IMG/VR virus record: IMGVR_UViG_3300012940_000071 | Coordinates: 1 to 32,042 of that record | Length of the DNA: 32,042 nucleotides | Source: a virus | Taxonomy: Duplodnaviria > Caudoviricetes | Strand: one strand, 5' to 3' | Shown here: positions 25,971 through 32,042 of the stretch, in pieces | Layout: every line of letters begins with the position of its first letter | Numbering within the stretch: the stretch's first letter is position 1 | Made by a program: the position numbers and the translations under genes | The notes under the pieces: generated by a model | Database searches by the model: none | Seen by the model: the letters and a program-made list of their open reading frames with translations, nothing else | What the model was told of the DNA's origin: nothing

Positions 25971-26982
25971 TTTCGGCTGCCATCTTGGCAAGGCGCTTGC
26001 GGTCGGCTGTCCTTGTGTAGTGCATCGCCATAGTGCCGCCCGTCCATCCGAACAGCGCCTCAAGCTCGGCAACCGTCGCGCCTGCCTCGGCGGCTCTCGT
26101 CGCCCCGATCTTGCGAACACCATGCGCTGATTTGCCCTTAAGTCCTGCCTCATTGCAGGCGACGCGGAAGACGTTCCCAAACGATTCTTTCGTAAGCGGC
26201 TGACCTCTATCTCCCACGATAAATGCCAGATCCCCAGTCGGGCCTTGCGCCAAGGTTTCCTCCAGCGCGGGCAACATGGGGATGCTCACTTCCATGCCGG
26301 TCTTTTCGGTGCGGATTGTCGCCACGCCCTCTTTGACGTGCTGACGACCTAGCCTCACTGCGTCACCGCGACGCAGGCCGGTGTATAGCAGGACGTGTAG
26401 CCATACACGCTCTTTCGTCCCGGCAGGCCACTTCTTCTCGTAGGCAATCACGTCATCCTCGGTCCACGCCTCGAAGCCGCCAGTCTTCGGGCGGGGAGGG
26501 TTCTTGACGCCCGCCGTGGGGTCTGCTGGCACGTATCCAGCCTCTAGCGCCCATCTAAACAGGCCGCGCATGGCGTCGAGGAAATTCCTGGCTTGTGCAG
26601 GAGTCTTGGCGCGGTCTTCCCGTCCCTGCACGATCTTCTGGCGCGTTACCCTCCGGTAATCGACGCTTCCCGCCTTATCGAGAACGCCCTTGAATATGTT
26701 GTCGCGCTGTTTCCGCGTGGCAGGGGACAGGCCCATATAAGCCGACGTTTCCTTGTAGCGGGTAACAAGCCATTCCAGGCTCTGCGTGTTAGTAATCCGC
26801 TTCTTGGGCCTCGGAGACCCTGCAAGGGCTGCCTCGTAGGCGTCGCGGAACTCCGGATCGCTTGGGTCGGGGAGGCGGATACGCGGTCCTTTATCGCGCC
26901 GAAAGTAGTACACCCACTTCTTATGGCGGGTCAGTTCCCGGTGTACGAAGGGCAGTTGCTTCCGAGGCATGTCAAGCGTCAC
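25915..26982 (-). CDS. int: tyrosine integrase (start GTG 26982 or ATG 26970)
   Basis: YTGLRRGD, KTG, HGVRK, FGW...Y catalytic motifs; N-terminal YYFRR arm-binding segment. Confidence 0.96.
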   Translation of the reverse strand: MTLDMPRKQLPFVHRELTRHKKWVYYFRRDKGPRIRLPDPSDPEFRDAYEAALAGSPRPKKRITNTQSLEWLVTRYKETSAYMGLSPATRKQRDNIFKGVLDKAGSVDYRRVTRQKIVQGREDRAKTPAQARNFLDAMRGLFRWALEAGYVPADPTAGVKNPPRPKTGGFEAWTEDDVIAYEKKWPAGTKERVWLHVLLYTGLRRGDAVRLGRQHVKEGVATIRTEKTGMEVSIPMLPALEETLAQGPTGDLAFIVGDRGQPLTKESFGNVFRVACNEAGLKGKSAHGVRKIGATRAAEAGATVAELEALFGWTGGTMAMHYTRTADRKRLAKMAAEKVRAHQEKSSIKSMGQLG

Positions 26983-27152
26983 AGCCTGAAATCCCCGTCC
27001 TTGTCAATTCCTTGGTCTCGTTGTGCACCGTCTTCTGGAAAGACAACGATTACGGCATCGCCCACCTTCATCTCGATGCGGGCGGATTCCTTCTTTGCGG
27101 CGCGTATGATGGCGCGCACCTGGTTTTCGCGGAGAGCAAGCGCCTTCGTCAC
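26979..27152 (-). CDS. putative excisionase / recombination directionality factor, 57 aa (not in ORF track)
   Basis: MTKALALRENQVRAIIRAAKKESARIEMKVGDAVIVVFPEDGAQRDQGIDKDGDFRL; GTGA overlap with int. Confidence 0.55.
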   Translation of the reverse strand: MTKALALRENQVRAIIRAAKKESARIEMKVGDAVIVVFPEDGAQRDQGIDKDGDFRL

Positions 27153-27295
27153 CGCTCCCCGCCTCCTTGCTCCTGTAGGGCGGCGATACGCTCATCATAT
27201 GATCTGCGGACATCAGCGGCCCACCTGCCGACGCTGCCCGGTGATGTGATGATGCCGACAAGAATGAAAATGAGGAAGATCGCCAGACCATTCAT
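27149..27295 (-). CDS. 48-aa membrane-anchored peptide (not in ORF track)
   Basis: MNGLAIFLIFILVGIITSPGSVGRWAADVRRSYDERIAALQEQGGGER; overlaps at both ends. Confidence 0.6.
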   Translation of the reverse strand: MNGLAIFLIFILVGIITSPGSVGRWAADVRRSYDERIAALQEQGGGER

Positions 27296-27720
27296 TTATG
27301 GAACTCCTTGGCCCTCGCCAGCGCCTTGCAGCAAGGGCCATTAGGCGCATCAAAAGGCAAGTAGGCTTCGCCAACATCTACCATGGCACTCAGAGCGCCT
27401 TGCAGTGCGCGAATTTCGTCAATCAATTCTTCAATGATGTCGGCGTCGGACCCGAATGCAATGGGTTCGCCCATGCGCAGCATCCCGGCTTTGATCTTTG
27501 CTCGCTTGATTAGGTCGCTCATCGCCCGCTCTCCTTGCTCCTGTAGGGCTGATCTGCCTGCATCGGTGATTACCCAACGTCGTGGGTTCATCGCGACTAC
27601 GGTGAGGCCAGCCTTTCGCATTTTCTGGCGAACACGATCTTCCTTGCGGTCTGCCAATCCAAGGCGCAGGCCGTCACGGACGCGAGTGAGGAAGTCGATT
27701 TCCTGTGGTGTCAGCCTCAT
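27292..27720 (-). CDS. hypothetical, apparent in-frame fusion of two small genes (internal start 27522)
   Basis: wHTH-like N-half ending WVITDAGRSALQEQGER, then GGAG RBS and MSDLIKR. Confidence 0.65.
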   Translation of the reverse strand: MRLTPQEIDFLTRVRDGLRLGLADRKEDRVRQKMRKAGLTVVAMNPRRWVITDAGRSALQEQGERAMSDLIKRAKIKAGMLRMGEPIAFGSDADIIEELIDEIRALQGALSAMVDVGEAYLPFDAPNGPCCKALARAKEFHK

Positions 27721-27899
27721 CCCCGCGCCCCCTTCTCGGAGAGGGCGGCAAGCGCCCGCTCTACATACGCACCATCTTCATTGCGTCGGGCGATTTCCAG
27801 CGTCTCTCGCAACGCTTCTTCCAGTCGCGCCACTCTGGCGGAGAGGGTGGCGATCTGTGCGTCATTGGCGAGTATGAGCGATACTGTGTCAGCCATCAC
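27717..27899 (-). CDS. hypothetical coiled-coil protein
   Basis: Overlaps; RBS AAGGAGG in upstream gene end. Confidence 0.65.
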   Translation of the reverse strand: MMADTVSLILANDAQIATLSARVARLEEALRETLEIARRNEDGAYVERALAALSEKGARG

Positions 27900-28081
27900 T
27901 CGCCCTCCTTCTCGGCTGCGGCGGCAGCTTCGAGGGCGCGGACAATATCTCCGGCTCGTGCATTACCAATAATGCGGGCCTCCGGGGACCATAGACGAGC
28001 GCACATAAGGATGTAGTTCAGCACCTCGGAGACGGGTGCGTTGTCTGGTGCTGCTAGTCTAACACGATTACCGATCATCAC
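27896..28081 (-). CDS. hypothetical protein
   Basis: Overlaps; ends ALEAAAAAEKEGE. Confidence 0.65.
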   Translation of the reverse strand: MMIGNRVRLAAPDNAPVSEVLNYILMCARLWSPEARIIGNARAGDIVRALEAAAAAEKEGE

Positions 28082-28511
28082 TTGTTCCTTCCTGTGAGGC
28101 GGCGACAGCTTCGAGGGCGGACATAATACCGGAGCGTTTCATCAGTTCGCGCGCTTCGGCCATATATCCCTCGTAAGTGCCCGTGTCAGGGTGAACGCTT
28201 AGGCCCTTGACGCGACGCTCCCTGTCAAAAACATCCGCCTTCCCGTCGATAGAAGCCCAAGCACGGGCGATGCGCTCCTGCCATGTCTTTGTGACGGGGA
28301 GTACAATTGATGGCGCTCCGCCCGACGATACCGCTATTACGTGTGACATAGCGTATGCCCGGCTTGCGGCGACGGACACGGCCTCGCGGATCGCGGACGC
28401 GGCATCTCCGCATGTCATCAGTGTTTCGCCGGGGATCGTGACATGCTCGTACTCGGCGCTCTCCCACCGCGTCAGCAAGCGTTCCAATCTCTTTAGAGCT
28501 TCACCCATCAC
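28068..28511 (-). CDS. hypothetical protein
   Basis: Overlaps; ends ALEAVAASQEGTSDDR. Confidence 0.65.
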   Translation of the reverse strand: MMGEALKRLERLLTRWESAEYEHVTIPGETLMTCGDAASAIREAVSVAASRAYAMSHVIAVSSGGAPSIVLPVTKTWQERIARAWASIDGKADVFDRERRVKGLSVHPDTGTYEGYMAEARELMKRSGIMSALEAVAASQEGTSDDR

Positions 28512-28899
28512 TCGTTCCTTTCAGCGGCTTCACCCCCACCCCCACCGCCTCCTTCTCGGCTGCGGCGACTGGCGGCTTGGGAAGCGGCATCCAGTGGGTT
28601 GCGAAAATCCTCTCATCACCACTTGCGGCTAACAACGCACCGTCTCGATCGAGGCAATCCAGATAGACGCCATCATCTTCCACATAGAAAAGTGCGTGAT
28701 CGTTCTCGGGAGCCGTCTCGATCGGCTGCCACCCCTCCGGTACTGCGGGATTGGCGAGAAGCGGGTCAGCTACCTCCGCCCTGGCATTGGCAGCAGCTTC
28801 GAGGGCGGCAATCACCATGTTATCGAGCCAAGTGCCCGTGAATGTCAGACCCGCAGCTTTGCGAGCCGCCGCGATTTCCTTCTCGCTGATCTCACTCAT
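28501..28899 (-). CDS. DUF551-like early protein, 132 aa
   Basis: WQPIETAP...THWMPLPKPP motif; AAGGAG RBS. Confidence 0.75.
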   Translation of the reverse strand: MSEISEKEIAAARKAAGLTFTGTWLDNMVIAALEAAANARAEVADPLLANPAVPEGWQPIETAPENDHALFYVEDDGVYLDCLDRDGALLAASGDERIFATHWMPLPKPPVAAAEKEAVGVGVKPLKGTSDG

Positions 28900-29101
28900 C
28901 GGAAGCTCCTTTCTGTGAGGCGGCGGGAACGCGAAACAAACTCCACGGGTGTTCTGCCAGCCAGCAGCGCCCAAACTTGTCAGCGAAATAGAAAACCGGC
29001 TTGCCGCTGACCAGATCGATGAACGCGAAGCCAAGCGGTGTCATGGGGCGTCCGCCTAGTAGCCATTGCAGCAAGCCCCGCAGGCAGTGCGAGAGTGTCA
29101 T
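28892..29101 (-). CDS. hypothetical protein, 69 aa
   Basis: GGAGG RBS before ATG 29101; ends PAASQKGASDE. Confidence 0.6.
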   Translation of the reverse strand: MTLSHCLRGLLQWLLGGRPMTPLGFAFIDLVSGKPVFYFADKFGRCWLAEHPWSLFRVPAASQKGASDE

Positions 29102-29102
29102 G

Positions 29103-29222
29103 TCAGCGATCCTCCGCTGTCTCTTGTGAAGCGGCAGGGACCAACGCGTCCACCAGTCGGTGAACATCTTCCCATATCGCAACGTTGGTAATCATAATTA
29201 TGAACAAGAGTAATGTACGCAT
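29103..29222 (-). CDS. 39-aa hydrophobic peptide (not in ORF track)
   Basis: MRTLLLFIIMITNVAIWEDVHRLVDALVPAASQETAEDR; TGATG coupling. Confidence 0.55.
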   Translation of the reverse strand: MRTLLLFIIMITNVAIWEDVHRLVDALVPAASQETAEDR

Positions 29223-29755
29223 CACCCCTTCTCCCCTGTCTTTTGCCCGTCGCGGAAAGAGCGGGCGCGGCGGAGATCGCCAACGGTTATGGCACCCTCA
29301 CGATCACTGTCGGCGCTACTGATCCCGCCATACGCGAACCATTCGTTTGGATCAGTTATCTTGAAGTTGTCGAAATTGTCTGCCGCTTCCGCAAAAGGCT
29401 CGATCACCCGATGAGCTTCGGCCAGTTCCGCTTTGAGGCGCACTACTTCGGCCTCGGCGGCTTTGCGTAGCTCTAACTGTTGAAGTATTGCGCGTTCATA
29501 TTCGGCGCGAAGTCTGTCCCGCTCACCCTGCAACGCGCTGATTGCTGCGGCGGCTTCGCGCATGAGAGCGACAGCGGTTTGGATATAGGCTATGTTGTTC
29601 TCGATTGGGTGGAGAGCAGTTGCCCGCAACCGCTCCACCAGACCGTCATAATCGGTGTTTGTGGATGGTGCAGGCTTCGGGTTCAATGGATCGTTTTCCG
29701 TATCAACCTCTGACACTTCGCCCGTGGTTAGGTTAAATCGGGTGATGGTGGTCAT
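29222..29755 (-). CDS. Ead/Ea22-like coiled-coil early protein
   Basis: DGLVERLR...EAAAAISAL..ERDRL and ITVGDLRRAR motifs. Confidence 0.6.
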   Translation of the reverse strand: MTTITRFNLTTGEVSEVDTENDPLNPKPAPSTNTDYDGLVERLRATALHPIENNIAYIQTAVALMREAAAAISALQGERDRLRAEYERAILQQLELRKAAEAEVVRLKAELAEAHRVIEPFAEAADNFDNFKITDPNEWFAYGGISSADSDREGAITVGDLRRARSFRDGQKTGEKG

Positions 29756-30132
29756 TGCTCGGCTACCTTTTCAAACAGCTTCCTCGGAGGAAGTGGGGTT
29801 TTCTGAATGCGTGGGGCCTTGTCAGTGGACGGGAAGCCTGCGGAGCGGATTTTGCTCTTTGCTCGCATGGCTCCTGTTGCCTTGTCGCGCTGGCGGTCTG
29901 CTTTACGAATGCGGCGCACGTCCTGCGTGGTCTTGCCTTCCGGCCCGCGATGGCAGACACGGCACAGAACCATTGCGTTCGCTAGCGTAGGCTCCCCGCC
30001 AAGGGCATCGGGCAGAATGTGATCCACCTCGGCCTCCCCAGGTTTCAGGGCTGCCTTGCACCGCTCACAATGGCCGTTGGCACGTTCGATGGCGGCGCGC
30101 TTGACCTTGCGGGAAAAGTTCTGGCGGGCCAT
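29752..30132 (-). CDS. HNH endonuclease, 126 aa
   Basis: CERC...EVDHILPDALGG..N..VLCRVCH..KT. Confidence 0.85.
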   Translation of the reverse strand: MARQNFSRKVKRAAIERANGHCERCKAALKPGEAEVDHILPDALGGEPTLANAMVLCRVCHRGPEGKTTQDVRRIRKADRQRDKATGAMRAKSKIRSAGFPSTDKAPRIQKTPLPPRKLFEKVAEQ

Positions 30133-30134
30133 CT

Positions 30135-30302
30135 TCAATCCCCTGCTATGGCTGCAACGAGCAAGAGGGAGGGGATTGTGATTGCGCCACCTACAAGGCC
30201 TGCGACATTCCCGCTCATGAAAGGGAACATCTCCTGCATCACGAATCCCATGCCGATAGACATTGGCGCAGCGGCGATAGCTATGGTTAGGAGACGTCCC
30301 AT
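30135..30302 (-). CDS. 55-aa 2-TM membrane protein (not in ORF track)
   Basis: MGRLLTIAIAAAPMSIGMGFVMQEMFPFMSGNVAGLVGGAITIPSLLLVAAIAGD; GGAGG RBS, TGATG coupling. Confidence 0.6.
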   Translation of the reverse strand: MGRLLTIAIAAAPMSIGMGFVMQEMFPFMSGNVAGLVGGAITIPSLLLVAAIAGD

Positions 30303-30514
30303 CAAAACGCCTCCGCCAGTTCCATTTCCAGCGCGTCCGCCAGCATGGCCGTGAAGCCGTCTGCCTCGCGCATGCGGGCAACGTCTGCCTCTATCTGTGC
30401 GCGCTTGATGTGGCGAAGCAGATCGACATATCCTGCCCTGCGTCTGGATGACGGAGGCAGGGTGTTCAATCGCGACATGATGTAGTCGGCGTTTATGGTA
30501 ACGACGTTGCTCAT
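30302..30514 (-). CDS. hypothetical protein, 70 aa
   Basis: GAGGA RBS; ATGA overlap with ninB-like gene. Confidence 0.6.
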   Translation of the reverse strand: MSNVVTINADYIMSRLNTLPPSSRRRAGYVDLLRHIKRAQIEADVARMREADGFTAMLADALEMELAEAF

Positions 30515-30900
30515 GCGGCGTCCTCGTATGCTTCGCTGAGTTGGATGCCCTTTTCGGCGCACCAGCTATGGATGAAGTCGATTAGATCGCTCATCTGCGC
30601 CTTGGTGAGACGCGAGGAACGGAAACCGACAGGGAATGGTTGACCGTTCAACCCGACCTCGAATTGCACGGCATGGCCGCAGGCGTTCATAAAGAGCGCC
30701 TTCCAGACTTCCGGCGTGTGCATCCTTCCTTCCGGCTTGGCGCGAGAGACTTCCGACAGAAGCGACCACATGAGTGCATTCTGATCGGTCGTCCTCTTGG
30801 CCTCCCTGATCGTGACCACCGCGAACGGTGGCGCACGGTCGATCAGGTCTTTCGCCGTCTGGCGCTGGCTCTTGCCGGTAAGTAAGACTGTTTGGGCCAT
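30511..30900 (-). CDS. ninB: NinB/Orf-like recombination mediator, 129 aa
   Basis: KRTTDQNALMWSLLSEVS, WKALFM, GFRSSRLTKAQMSDLIDFI motifs. Confidence 0.85.
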   Translation of the reverse strand: MAQTVLLTGKSQRQTAKDLIDRAPPFAVVTIREAKRTTDQNALMWSLLSEVSRAKPEGRMHTPEVWKALFMNACGHAVQFEVGLNGQPFPVGFRSSRLTKAQMSDLIDFIHSWCAEKGIQLSEAYEDAA

Positions 30901-30902
30901 GG

Positions 30903-31385
30903 TCACGCCCTCCTGAAATCGCCGTTCACGGCGTGGAGCTTCCCGTGGCAGGAAGGACAGAGCCACACGACATCAAGCGGGTGGCTATAGTCGTGATGAT
31001 GGGCTTGCAGCTTGTCGCCAGACCCGCAGAAATAGCACTCACTCGCCTTGGTAATCTTCCCGTCCCGCAGGGCGTTTGAGACCGCATTCCTGGCCCTGTA
31101 CTTCTCCGGTTGTTCGGCTCTAGTTTTCGCGATGTGAGCCTTGCGAAGCTCTATGCCGCGCGGGCTGTTGGCCGATTTTCTGGCTGCCTCTTTCCGCTTG
31201 TCCTGTTCGCGGTACCTCTTCCGGTCATACGCGCGGTAATAGTCCGCGTTCATTTCCCGATTTTTTCGGACCCGCGCCTTGACGCATTCCTTGCATCGGT
31301 TGTGATCGGATGAATAGAAGTCCTCGGCTCTCTTTACGGAGTCGCAGGCCTTACAGAGAAACGTCCGTTTTGCCGCAGCCGTCAT
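30903..31385 (-). CDS. HNH-like zinc-binding endonuclease
   Basis: CKAC...CKEC; CYFCG...AHHHDYSHPLDVVWLCPSCH. Confidence 0.75.
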   Translation of the reverse strand: MTAAAKRTFLCKACDSVKRAEDFYSSDHNRCKECVKARVRKNREMNADYYRAYDRKRYREQDKRKEAARKSANSPRGIELRKAHIAKTRAEQPEKYRARNAVSNALRDGKITKASECYFCGSGDKLQAHHHDYSHPLDVVWLCPSCHGKLHAVNGDFRRA

Positions 31386-31395
31386 CTGTCACCTA

Positions 31396-31806
31396 TCAAA
31401 AAGGTATGCTGTCTGGATCGTCATCCAGATCGGTTCCGTAGCCCGACTGCTGCGCCTGCTGCTGGCTACGCGCTTCGGCCCGTTCGCGCTCGGCGTCGTC
31501 ATTGGAGCCGCGAGCGCCACCGCCTTGCAACGTCAGTTCATTGACGCGGACGGTGAGATACGTCTTGCCGTTATGCTCACGAGTGGAGAAGTCGCCGGAA
31601 ACCGTGACGGACGTTCCCTTGCCGAGATGGTTGCCAAGGCTCTCGCCTCGCTTGCCAAACAAGCTGCAATCGAAAAAGAGGGCGCGCTTATTTTGACCGT
31701 AGCCATCATCTACGGCGACCGAGAAGCCTAGAACCGGCTCCCCGTTCTGCGTCCTGCGAAGCTCGGCGTCGCGGGTAAGGCGTCCTGCTATGACGATGTT
31801 TTTCAT
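31396..31806 (-). CDS. ssb: single-stranded DNA-binding protein
   Basis: IAGRLTRDAELRRT, KGTSVTVSG, acidic tail ending DSIPF. Confidence 0.95.
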   Translation of the reverse strand: MKNIVIAGRLTRDAELRRTQNGEPVLGFSVAVDDGYGQNKRALFFDCSLFGKRGESLGNHLGKGTSVTVSGDFSTREHNGKTYLTVRVNELTLQGGGARGSNDDAERERAEARSQQQAQQSGYGTDLDDDPDSIPF

Positions 31807-31807
31807 G

Positions 31808-32041
31808 TCATTCTCCTGCCATCACGGGGTTCTGGTATCTCTCGTCCACGACGCGAGCGCCCGCGAACTGGTTCTGGATTTCGGAAACCGTGTCATTGTC
31901 GGCTTCCACCTTCGCGGACACGTCCTTCTCGTAACCGGCAAACAGATCGGCCAAGGCTGCGAGAAAGGCTTTATTCCAGCCATTCTTGACGGCTTCCGCG
32001 CGATACGAGGCTTTCAGTTCCTCGAATTGCCCGAAGGTCGA
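31808..32041 (-). CDS. partial CDS (C-terminus), possibly single-strand annealing recombinase
   Basis: Open frame ...STFGQFEELKASYRAEAVKNGWNKAF...NPVMAGE*; function inferred from position upstream of ssb only. Confidence 0.5.
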   Translation of the reverse strand, partial: STFGQFEELKASYRAEAVKNGWNKAFLAALADLFAGYEKDVSAKVEADNDTVSEIQNQFAGARVVDERYQNPVMAGE

Positions 32042-32042
32042 A

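Noticed and set aside
27149-29140. CRISPR or integron attC array
   Set aside because: Repeats fall in several families, are coding, irregularly spaced and non-palindromic; no cas gene, and the integrase looks phage-type.

Overview
The window is about 32 kb of a GC-rich temperate podovirus genome, probably infecting an alphaproteobacterium (Rhizobiales/Hyphomicrobiales inferred). Plus strand, 1-25.5 kb, is the late operon: small ORFs, terS/terL, P22-like portal, scaffold, N4-gp56/DUF4043-type major capsid, cement, adaptor, tail nozzle, DNA-ejection proteins, an M15-type peptidase, tail fibre(s), a GH19 endolysin with holin-like genes, and then an accessory block (secreted trypsin-like protease, metallophosphoesterase, HNH, DUF3310-like). 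Minus strand, 25.9-32 kb, is the early-left operon: a partial SSAP-like gene, ssb, HNH, ninB-like, HNH, a train of small ORFs, a putative xis and a tyrosine integrase. A 15-bp tRNA-Leu-like 3'-end core with arm-type repeats lies just past int with phage DNA on both sides, so this looks like the unintegrated (attP) form. The most unusual signals are: (1) five short compensatory-paired pseudoknot-like RNA units upstream of the scaffold and capsid genes; (2) an antisense lipoprotein plus 4-TM moron between the ejection proteins and the M15 peptidase; (3) an unannotated Zn-ribbon/TM-peptide operon reading through the attP core; (4) shared 14-20-bp linker repeats at gene ends that appear to shuffle and fuse early genes; (5) a gene flanked by 20-bp RBS/start direct repeats upstream of terS. 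All family calls come from motif recognition and synteny, not from database searches.
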